Of a stretch of DNA of 64,000 bases, positions 8,220 through 16,334 are shown one piece after another. The stretch spans positions 2,080,001-2,144,000 of the forward strand of contig OY760074.1 in NCBI GenBank assembly GCA_963663035.1, written 5' to 3'. The notes below the pieces were generated by a model. It was given only the letters and a program-made list of their open reading frames with translations. It had not been told where the DNA came from and did no database searches. The DNA is from Acidobacteriota bacterium. GTDB taxonomy: Bacteria; Acidobacteriota; UBA6911; RPQK01; JADFOI01. The position numbers and the translations under genes were made by a program. Every line of letters starts with the position of its first letter. Positions within the stretch are counted from its first letter, which is position 1.

Positions 8220-10532
8220 ATGTTGAAAACTAATTTTCTGCACTTTCGTCACGTTGGATTGGGGCTCTTCTCATTGGCTCTGGCAATCTCCTTTGTTGGA
8301 GCATCCCAAGATCCTGAGGCTGGAGTGCTGTCGGGTCAGATCACCGATCAAACAGACCTTGCCGTCGGTGCTGTCCAAATCTGCGTCAGAGGGCTTTCAA
8401 CGGCCGTCCTGCGTGTCACTCGCTCAGGCCAGGATGGACAGTTCCGGATTCCAGACCTTCCCCCTGATTCCTACGAAGTCCGCCTCAGCGCGCCAGGATT
8501 TAACGAACACGTGGAAGTCGTGGCCTTGGGGGACAATCAAAACCGGATCTTGAACGTCCGTTTGCGAGTCTCCATGCTGCCTGAATCGATCACCGTGACC
8601 CCCTCCCGCAGCGAACAAACAGTGGGTGAGCTGGCAGCTTCCGTCAGTGTCCTCACCCAAGATGAGATCCAGAGCTCGCCAGCGCTGGTTCTGGATGATG
8701 TGCTTCGTCAGATTCCCTCTTTCAGTCTCTTCCGGCGGACCAGCAGCCTGGCGGCACACCCCACCAGTCAAGGAGTCTCGCTGCGTGGCATCGGACCCAG
8801 TGGCGTCAGCCGGACTCTGGTACTGGTGGACGGCATGCCTTTCAACGATCCCTTTGGAGGTTGGGTGTACTGGAGCCGCGTTCCCCTGTTAAGCATCGAC
8901 CGGGTTGAGATCGTGGAAGGCTCGAGTTCCAGCCTCTACGGGAACTACGCTATGGGGGGAGTGATCCACATCCTGAGCCGGAAACCGGAAAGGCGAACCC
9001 TGGCCATGGAGGGGCGCCTCGGAAATCGAGAGACGGCGAAGCTTGATTTCTTCGTCAGCGACGTGTGGGGTCCCTGGGGGTTGTCCCTGGACGGAAGCCT
9101 CTTCCACACCGACGGATACAAGATCGTTGCCCCGGGCCAACGAGGGCAGGTGGATATAGAAGCCAATTCCGAACACCGAAATTTTAATCTCAAGCTGGAT
9201 TACACCCCCTCGGCCGATTTCAATTTCTTCGTCAAAGGGAGTTACTTCACCGAGGACCGCAGCAATGGCGCCCCCTTGCAGAACAATGATACCCAGTATC
9301 GATTTCTGGGCACAGGAGTGCGCTTTCGTACCCCCGACAACAGCGAATGGCAGGCCTCCCTGTTTTCCCAATTTCAGAATTTCGGGGGCACTTTCTCTTC
9401 GATTCCGGCGGATCGAAACTCGGAACGACTGGCCCTTGGGCAGGAGGTTCCCACCTACGGATATGGTGGCTTTACCCAGTGGTCAAAGCCTCTATCCAGT
9501 TCACACTTGCTCTCGGCAGGCTTTGACTGGAGATGGACGGACGGCGAAAGCCAGGACATTGTCTATATTCGGACGCCTCCCATACCGGTGCGTTTCCGCG
9601 ACTCGGGTGGCCGGCAGCGGGCAGTGGGAGTGTTTCTGCAGGACTCTTTTACACTAATGCCCGGCTTTCAGGCCACGCTCAGCGCTCGTTTTGACCACTG
9701 GCGAAATTACGATGCTGCAAAGAAGGAGCTGGCGGTTTTCAGCGGACTGCGGACCCGAGAGGACTTTGCCGACAAGGAACTTGGTGTGGTCAGTGCACGC
9801 CTCGGGTTGTGGTATGAGCTGAAGGATGGGATCTCAGTTTGGAGCGCTGTTGGCTCCGGGTTTCGCACACCCACGCTCAATGAGCTGTATCGGCAATTTC
9901 AGGTGGGTTCCATTCTCACTCAGGCCAACCCCGATCTGGGTCCGGAACGCCTGAGAGGTGCCGAAGGTGGCCTGAACTATGCTGTGAATGAGAAGATCTT
10001 CTGGCGGGTGACCGGCTTTTGGAGTCGCGTCAAAGACCCCGTTTCAAACGTCACCATCGCGCCCAATACACGTCAGAGACAAAATTTGGGCCAAACCCGA
10101 AGCTTGGGACTTCAATGGGAGTTGGAGTACCGTCCCAGTAGAAACTGGCTCTTGGGAGGCGCCTATCTGGTGAATGATTCGACGGTGAGAAGCTTCCCCG
10201 CCAACGTCGCCATAGAGGGTAACAGGCTGGCTCAGGTGGCAAGACACCGAATCACGCTCCAGGCCTCCTATAGGGATCCCCAGACCGTGAATGTGGCGCT
10301 GATGGGAAGATTTGTGGGTGCTCAATTTGACGATGATCTCAATCTTTTTCCCCTGGGAAACTACTTTGTGGTGGACACGACGGTTTCCCGGCGCATGGGC
10401 AAAGATACTGAGGTCTTCCTGGCCGTTGAGAATCTATTTAACCGGGAATATCCGGTTCGGACCAGTCCAAGCAGTATCGGAACACCGATCCTGATACAGG
10501 GAGGTGTCCGCTTTCAAATCCTGGGGCGTTGA
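8220..10532 (+). CDS. TonB-dependent receptor with N-terminal carboxypeptidase-regulatory-like domain
   Basis: ESITVT TonB box, SLRG, LVLVDG.P.ND, IDRVEIVEG.SSSLYG..AMGGVI plug motifs, VENLFNREY. Confidence 0.92.
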   Translation: MLKTNFLHFRHVGLGLFSLALAISFVGASQDPEAGVLSGQITDQTDLAVGAVQICVRGLSTAVLRVTRSGQDGQFRIPDLPPDSYEVRLSAPGFNEHVEVVALGDNQNRILNVRLRVSMLPESITVTPSRSEQTVGELAASVSVLTQDEIQSSPALVLDDVLRQIPSFSLFRRTSSLAAHPTSQGVSLRGIGPSGVSRTLVLVDGMPFNDPFGGWVYWSRVPLLSIDRVEIVEGSSSSLYGNYAMGGVIHILSRKPERRTLAMEGRLGNRETAKLDFFVSDVWGPWGLSLDGSLFHTDGYKIVAPGQRGQVDIEANSEHRNFNLKLDYTPSADFNFFVKGSYFTEDRSNGAPLQNNDTQYRFLGTGVRFRTPDNSEWQASLFSQFQNFGGTFSSIPADRNSERLALGQEVPTYGYGGFTQWSKPLSSSHLLSAGFDWRWTDGESQDIVYIRTPPIPVRFRDSGGRQRAVGVFLQDSFTLMPGFQATLSARFDHWRNYDAAKKELAVFSGLRTREDFADKELGVVSARLGLWYELKDGISVWSAVGSGFRTPTLNELYRQFQVGSILTQANPDLGPERLRGAEGGLNYAVNEKIFWRVTGFWSRVKDPVSNVTIAPNTRQRQNLGQTRSLGLQWELEYRPSRNWLLGGAYLVNDSTVRSFPANVAIEGNRLAQVARHRITLQASYRDPQTVNVALMGRFVGAQFDDDLNLFPLGNYFVVDTTVSRRMGKDTEVFLAVENLFNREYPVRTSPSSIGTPILIQGGVRFQILGR

Positions 10533-10540
10533 AATAAGGA

Positions 10541-12736
10541 CTAACGGTCCAGGGAATAGGTCCATTTCAGCAGGAGCGATCGACCCACCAATCCTGACTG
10601 TAACTCATCGACATTTCTCCCTTCATTATAAATCAAGAAGATATCGTCGCCGGGCCGATAGATATAATTGAGCCGAAATCGGAAGTTCACGAAATCATCC
10701 AGGCTGCTGTACTGGACCGTGCTGCTGGTGAGCCACTGTCGGCTGAAAGCATAGTTGGCCCGGGTATTGATCACTTGGGAAGTGAAGTCTCCAAAGGGAA
10801 GATCAACCTCCTCCAGTGCATAATCTACATCGAAGGAGAGGGCTTCACTGACTTTAATTTGCGGCCTAATCCTCAGTTCGATTCGACGTCCCTCAAAGAA
10901 GTCCCACTCATACCGGAATCGAATAATCTGCGCGCCTGCGATCCTTCGCTGAGGCGCACTATCCGCCATGAGCAAGAGGTCCCAGCCACGGTAGGTCCCG
11001 GTGGGTATGGTGATGTTGGAACGAATGTCGAAGGGCTGAAAAAGCCTTTCAAAGTTGCGGTGCAAATCGAAACTGAGTCGGTCGCCGGACTCGAAGAAAG
11101 CTTCGCCGGTGAGCATATGGTATTGCATTGTCTCCTGTTTCCCATCCTGATTCTGGGTGTAATCCAGGCGGGTTCGGATGACAAACTGGCGAATAAGATC
11201 ACTGTCGGGGCGAGGTTTGACGCCGAATTGAAGGGTTGTCTTTCGCTGGTCAGGCCGAGGTACAAAGCCAATCTCAGCATTAAAGTCCCTCTGAACATAC
11301 AACTGTTCTGCACCCATGAGAAGAGAATCACTAGACCACAGAATTCGACCGAAAGCTGACCAGTCGTCGCCGGGTAGGCCAGGAGTTTCAGTTTTCGCCA
11401 CAAAACCCTGGAGGTTGAGATTGTCGGCAAAAACGAAATTGCTGTCGATCCCAAAAACCCGGTTGTAGTCTCCGGCCAGAGACGATTGCCGATTGGTGAA
11501 GATGGCTCCAACCGAGGAGCGTTCCAGCAAATCACGCTTCACACGAAAGACGCCAAAATTATTGCTCCGGACACCCAGCTCCGAGTCGGTCTGCATTTCG
11601 ATTATGCCCAGTGAGTAAGGACCAACGCGACCGGTAAACTTGGCTCCTGCAATGATGGGAATCAGTTCCCCTCTATTGGGCCCGGCCGCAATAAGGCCAA
11701 TGCGACGACTGAAGAAGAGTTTGAAATCGCGGCTTGCATTGAGTCCAACTCCCGTGCCGAACTCGAAGATCCCAGCTCCTTCCAGAAAAAATTCACGCCT
11801 TTCCGGGAAAAACAAAGGAAAACGAGTGATGTTGGTGATCAGATCATCCACTTCAGTCTGGGCAAAGTCGGTGTTGGCTGTCATGTCCAGAGTGAGTGCC
11901 GGAGTTGGGCGGAATTTCAGCAGTTCCAGACCAATATCGGATAAGTTGTCCGTCTCGGTTCCACCGGCCGGACCCGGTGTCTGCCCGAAACCGCCTACCA
12001 CGAAAGGCTTGATCCTCCAGCGAAGACCCTGGGTGGCATTTTCCAGCCCTGACAACTGACCCGCCTGGGAAACATCTTCAAACTTGAAGTTCCGATCAAA
12101 GGTATTCCAGTATATGGCCTCGTTCTTGCGGCGAATGAGGCGTTCAATCTCCAGTCCCCACTCTCCCTCTTCGCCCATGCGCAAGGACTTGAAGGGGATC
12201 ATCAGCTCTGCCGTCCAGCCCTCTTGAGTCCTGGTAGCCGCAGACTCCCACTTTTCATCCCATGAAACATTGATATCGAGTCCTTCGTCGGTTAACAGAG
12301 CGTCAAACTGGGTCCCCAGCGAATTGGTGCGAAAGAGAAAGGCATTTCGATTATCGTGGAAGGTGTCAAGGAGCACGGCCACGCTGTCGTCTTTGGTGAG
12401 ATCCTGGTCGCGCCGTCGCTCGGTGGCGATGATTTCACCCGGCTGCAGATCATCACAGCGAATTCCAAAGTAGATAGCCTCACTCGTGTACACGATGCGG
12501 ACCACCGTATTCTCGCTGGAAATTGCCCCTTCCTGCGGGTCCTTCTGGTGAAAGTCCGAGAGTGGAGCGGCCAGAGTCCAGACCTGATCATCAAGGACTC
12601 CGTCGACCTGGGGGGCCACCTCCACGAAGTAAGCCACAGCCTGTTTCTGGACTGTCGAGTCGGTCTGAGCTTGAATGGGTAGAAGAAAACCCGAACACAG
12701 CACAACACTCAGAATCTTGGTCAGAGATCTTTGCAT
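10541..12736 (-). CDS. CBM9-like / DUF5916 domain protein (paralog of 2242-4368)
   Basis: Signal peptide from ATG 12736 (GAGGT RBS); WTAELMIPFKSLR, NTDFAQTEVD..NITRFPLFFPERREFFLE. Confidence 0.85.
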   Translation of the reverse strand: MQRSLTKILSVVLCSGFLLPIQAQTDSTVQKQAVAYFVEVAPQVDGVLDDQVWTLAAPLSDFHQKDPQEGAISSENTVVRIVYTSEAIYFGIRCDDLQPGEIIATERRRDQDLTKDDSVAVLLDTFHDNRNAFLFRTNSLGTQFDALLTDEGLDINVSWDEKWESAATRTQEGWTAELMIPFKSLRMGEEGEWGLEIERLIRRKNEAIYWNTFDRNFKFEDVSQAGQLSGLENATQGLRWRIKPFVVGGFGQTPGPAGGTETDNLSDIGLELLKFRPTPALTLDMTANTDFAQTEVDDLITNITRFPLFFPERREFFLEGAGIFEFGTGVGLNASRDFKLFFSRRIGLIAAGPNRGELIPIIAGAKFTGRVGPYSLGIIEMQTDSELGVRSNNFGVFRVKRDLLERSSVGAIFTNRQSSLAGDYNRVFGIDSNFVFADNLNLQGFVAKTETPGLPGDDWSAFGRILWSSDSLLMGAEQLYVQRDFNAEIGFVPRPDQRKTTLQFGVKPRPDSDLIRQFVIRTRLDYTQNQDGKQETMQYHMLTGEAFFESGDRLSFDLHRNFERLFQPFDIRSNITIPTGTYRGWDLLLMADSAPQRRIAGAQIIRFRYEWDFFEGRRIELRIRPQIKVSEALSFDVDYALEEVDLPFGDFTSQVINTRANYAFSRQWLTSSTVQYSSLDDFVNFRFRLNYIYRPGDDIFLIYNEGRNVDELQSGLVGRSLLLKWTYSLDR

Positions 12737-12802
12737 AGGTACCTCGGTCGAAGCACCAAGGTTAGCCAAAAACCCAATGACTGGCAAGCAAAAACCGAGG
12801 GA

Positions 12803-12934
12803 CAGGAGGCAGGAGGCAGGAGGTAGGAGGTAGGAGGTAGGAGGCAGGAGGTAGGAGGTAGGAGGCAGGAGGCAGGAGGCAGGAGGTAGGAGGTAGGAGG
12901 TAGGAGGCAGGAGGTAGGAGGTAGGAGGCAGGAG
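12803..12934. repeat. Heptamer tandem array (YAGGAGG)18+
   Basis: 18 full CAGGAGG/TAGGAGG units plus a partial unit, between divergent genes. Confidence 0.97.
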
Positions 12935-12983
12935 AAGCGCTGACCGTTGACATGTTCTCTCGCGCGTAGCGCGCTCCTAGTTC

Positions 12984-13013
12984 TTGACCCTTTTTTGCCG
13001 ACCAGAGTATAAT
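12984..13013 (+). promoter_or_regulatory. sigma70-type promoter for the aminotransferase
   Basis: TTGACC (12984-12989), 18 nt, TATAAT (13008-13013); GAGGAGG RBS downstream. Confidence 0.6.
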
Positions 13014-13038
13014 CCCGCTTTTTCGAGGAGGCAGGCTC

Positions 13039-14211
13039 TTGCTGGCAGACAGAATCCTTTCCGTAGAACGGTCCCCCTTTTACAGCATTATGGAACTGGC
13101 GGCGGCAAGGGAGGACTGTATTTACCTTCAGTTAGGAGAGCCGGACTTTGTCACACCCAGCCATATCCTGGACGCTGCAAAAAAGGCTCTGGATGAAGGC
13201 CATACTCACTATGGGCCCGATCGGGGCCACCCTGAACTGCGTCAGCACATTGCTGAGAAGATCCAGCGAGACTACGGAGCAGATTATCATTGGGAAGATG
13301 AGATCCTGGTGACGGCCGGGGGCCAGGCAGCCCTGCACATCGCCATTATGGCTCTGGCCAATCCCGGGGACGAGATTATTGTCCTGCTCCCCCATTACCC
13401 TCCCTATGTGGCCAACGCCCAACTGGCCGGTGCCGAGGCCGTCTTTGTCAAGTTGAAGAGCGAGGAAGGTTTTATCCCAAATGCCGCTGACATCGAAAAA
13501 GTCATCACTCCAAAAAGCAAGATTCTCATTGTGTTGACCCCCAATAATCCAACGGGAGCCGTCTATCCGGAGCAGACCCTGCGGGAAATTCTGGAGCTTG
13601 CCAAACAGCACAACATCACCTTGATCTCCGATGAAGTCTACGAACACCTGGTCTTCGATGGGGTCGAGCACAAGAGCCTCATTTCCCTTCCCGATGCCAA
13701 GGATCACGTGGTGCAGGTCAACAGTTTCTCCAAGACTTATGCGATGACGGGTTTGAGGGTCGGATACCTAGCAGCCTCAAGCGAGAAGCTGATTCACTTT
13801 TTGAAATACCATCACACGGTCAACATCTGCGCCAACGTCCCTTCACAGATAGCTTGCATCACAGCCCTGCAAGGCCCTCAGGATTGCGTGGTGGAAATGC
13901 GGCAGGCTTACCACCAAAGGCGGGATCTGGTGGTGGAAGGGCTAAGGGACATCCCGGGGATTCAGTGCGATTCTCCACAGGGGACTTTCTTTGCCTTCGC
14001 AGATATTCGAGAGCTGGGTGTTCCCTCTCTGGAGTTCGCCAAATACCTGGTGAGGGAGGCCGGAGTTGTGCTGACAAACGGTAGCGGGTTTGACTATGAG
14101 GGATTCATCCGCGTCTCCTACGCAGCCAAGCCAGAGAGGATTCGCGAAGCCATGGATCGGATGAAAAAGGCAGTGCTGGAAATGCCGAAAACGCTGACAG
14201 CTGACAACTGA
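13039..14211 (+). CDS. PLP-dependent class I/II aminotransferase (AspC/AspB-like)
   Basis: GEPDF, PNNPTG, SDEVY and SFSKTYAMTGLRVG (PLP lysine). Confidence 0.93.
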   Translation: MLADRILSVERSPFYSIMELAAAREDCIYLQLGEPDFVTPSHILDAAKKALDEGHTHYGPDRGHPELRQHIAEKIQRDYGADYHWEDEILVTAGGQAALHIAIMALANPGDEIIVLLPHYPPYVANAQLAGAEAVFVKLKSEEGFIPNAADIEKVITPKSKILIVLTPNNPTGAVYPEQTLREILELAKQHNITLISDEVYEHLVFDGVEHKSLISLPDAKDHVVQVNSFSKTYAMTGLRVGYLAASSEKLIHFLKYHHTVNICANVPSQIACITALQGPQDCVVEMRQAYHQRRDLVVEGLRDIPGIQCDSPQGTFFAFADIRELGVPSLEFAKYLVREAGVVLTNGSGFDYEGFIRVSYAAKPERIREAMDRMKKAVLEMPKTLTADN

Positions 14212-14230
14212 CCGCTGACAGCTGACAGCT
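14193..14230. repeat. Heptamer array (GCTGACA-like) overlapping the aminotransferase stop
   Basis: gctgaca gctgaca actgacc gctgaca gctgaca. Confidence 0.85.
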
Positions 14231-14274
14231 CGGAAGCACGAATTCGGCACCTGAGGTGCCTCCCACGCACGATT

Positions 14275-14988
14275 TCACTGGAGGATGATTCGGGTGTCCA
14301 GGGCCAGCGCTCCTTCCCCGTTGACCAGAACAGGGTTGAGGTCAACTGCGCCCACTTCAGGATTTTCCGTTCCCAGGGCACAGACAGCCAAAATCACCTT
14401 TTTCAGCGCATCGGTGTCAGCCTTTGCCCTTCCCCGAAATCCACCGAGAAGTTGATATCCCTTGACTTCACTCAGCATCTCCTCGACCTCCTCCTCTCCT
14501 ACCGGGCACAACCTAAAGGTAACATCCTGGTAGACCTCGACAAAGACACCTCCCATTCCAAACATGACGACGGGTCCAAGCACCTCATCGCGTTTTAATC
14601 CAACAATAGTCTCCACTCCTTCACCGGCCATTTTTGCAACCACCTGTCCTTTGATCTGGGCCTCTGGCTTATTCTTCTTTACCCTCTCCACAATTCCGTC
14701 ATAGGCTTGAACCAATTGGTCTTTTGTGGCGATCCCAACTCGGACACCCTCCACTTCCGATTTGTGTATGACCTGGGGTGATACCACCTTCATGACCACG
14801 GGATAACCCAGTCTCTCGGCGATGGAGAGAGCCGCCTCCTTGTCTGAAGCAAAGCCGCCTTCAGGCAAGGGCAGCCGGTAGCTCCGACACACCTCGGCTG
14901 CCTCATTTTCCAACAGGAAATTCCGCTTTTCGTTCTGGGCAGCTTGGTAGTACTTCAAGAAAGTTTCTCTGCCAGTCATCTTTTCCAC
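14275..14988 (-). CDS. Acetate/acyl-CoA ligase (ADP-forming) beta subunit, ATP-grasp
   Basis: GYPVVMKVVSPQVIHKSEVEGV, GPVVMFGMGGVFVEVYQD, DLNP...ALD.RI. Confidence 0.9.
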   Translation of the reverse strand: MEKMTGRETFLKYYQAAQNEKRNFLLENEAAEVCRSYRLPLPEGGFASDKEAALSIAERLGYPVVMKVVSPQVIHKSEVEGVRVGIATKDQLVQAYDGIVERVKKNKPEAQIKGQVVAKMAGEGVETIVGLKRDEVLGPVVMFGMGGVFVEVYQDVTFRLCPVGEEEVEEMLSEVKGYQLLGGFRGRAKADTDALKKVILAVCALGTENPEVGAVDLNPVLVNGEGALALDTRIILQ

Positions 14989-15012
14989 ATTTCCCCGCTA
15001 TAATACCCATTT

Positions 15013-15717
15013 ATGAGTGCAGACACGAGCAGCGTTACTTTAACCTTTAATCTCCTCTCCTCGGCCGGGTCGCAGACCGCCCAGTTTTCCATCAGCGAGA
15101 CCGTCATCGCAGGATGGACGGGTCGGGACTCAGAGGCCGTCGAGAAGCACATTCGTGAGCTGGAAAAACTGGGAATACAGCGTCCGGCCTCGACGCCGAT
15201 CTTCTACCGGGTCGCCGCTGTCCGCCTGACCACCGCCGGAGAGATTCAAGTGGTGGGTGAAAGATCCAGCGGTGAGGTGGAGGTCGTCCTTCTACAGCAA
15301 GATGGGCAACTCTGGGTGGGGGTCGGATCCGATCACACTGACCGCGAAGTCGAGACCTATGGAGTCACGGTTTCGAAGCAGGTCTGTGACAAGCCCGTGG
15401 CCCCCGACCTCTGGCCCTACGCTGAGGTGGAGAAGCACTGGGACCAGCTGGCTCTCCGCTCATACGCTCTTGTGGGAGACAAAAAGGAGCTGTATCAGGA
15501 GGGGACGGTCGCCTCCTTACTTCCACCGAGTGATCTCATGGCACGCTACACCGAAGGCGAGAGTCTTTCGGACGGCACCCTGATGTTCGGTGGAACCCTG
15601 ACCACCCTGGGTGAAGTGCAGCCCTCCCGGAGGTTTGAGTTCGAATTGGAAGACCCGGTCCTCCAGCGACGGATCACCCACGGCTACGATGTCCTGACCC
15701 TTCCCATTTTGGGCTAA
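15013..15717 (+). CDS. DUF2848 domain protein (FAH-like fold)
   Basis: IAGWTGRD..AV..HI.EL, SSGEVE, GSDHTDR.VE, SKQ.CDKP. Confidence 0.85.
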   Translation: MSADTSSVTLTFNLLSSAGSQTAQFSISETVIAGWTGRDSEAVEKHIRELEKLGIQRPASTPIFYRVAAVRLTTAGEIQVVGERSSGEVEVVLLQQDGQLWVGVGSDHTDREVETYGVTVSKQVCDKPVAPDLWPYAEVEKHWDQLALRSYALVGDKKELYQEGTVASLLPPSDLMARYTEGESLSDGTLMFGGTLTTLGEVQPSRRFEFELEDPVLQRRITHGYDVLTLPILG

Positions 15718-15718
15718 G

Positions 15719-15909
15719 CCCGCATTATGCATAGGTTTTCGTAGCGAAGTGGCGCAAGCGCCGCGATGACAAGGCGTGCGACCCGCAAGCGGGTACCCCA
15801 AGCGCCCCGCAGGCGTACTCGTGCAGTACGCCGAGGAGCGCAAGGCAGCACAACGCCGGCAGCGCGGATGATTGCGACGCTGTAGCAGAAAATTTATGCG
15901 TAATGCGGG
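15719..15909. mobile_element. MITE family A, copy 1
   Basis: TIRs CCCGCATTATGCATA / TATGCGTAATGCGGG, flanked by a direct CTAAG duplication; no coding capacity. Confidence 0.9.
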
Positions 15910-16290
15910 CTAAGGGGGATCGTAGTAGTGGGTCTCGAGGAGGAGACAGCCATCCACCGACTTGAAGGGACCATGGAAGGCCCCCGGGGGTCGGCACGCG
16001 TAAGTCCCGGGGGGGAAGGACTCCCCCCCTTCCCCCTGCTCGTCATTGCCCACAATCAATTCTCCGGAGAGGAGATAGACCTCCTCCCAATACTCGTGAA
16101 CGAAAGGCGCTGTTGTGAAGACACCAGGATGGAAACGTAGAAGCCGGGTCCGACTGCCACATTTGTTCTCCTCATCGAGATGACCCGAGAGAATCTTCTG
16201 CTGGATACCACTTGGATACCCCAGCGGCACCTCCCATCCCTCCTCCATGTTCACAGTGTGGAACTCCAGATGCTCCCTCTCGATAGCCAT
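15910..16290 (-). CDS. Cupin domain protein (ChrR-like)
   Basis: TRLLRF.PG, H.YWEEVYLLSG, YACRPPG..HGPF. Confidence 0.85.
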   Translation of the reverse strand: MAIEREHLEFHTVNMEEGWEVPLGYPSGIQQKILSGHLDEENKCGSRTRLLRFHPGVFTTAPFVHEYWEEVYLLSGELIVGNDEQGEGGESFPPGTYACRPPGAFHGPFKSVDGCLLLETHYYDPP

Positions 16291-16334
16291 GCTTGCAAAT
16301 ACCTCCTCGAAAAAAAACGATCACCGATGACCTA

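Noticed and set aside
12803-12934. CRISPR array
   Set aside because: Contiguous 7-nt units with no unique spacers; no cas genes in the window
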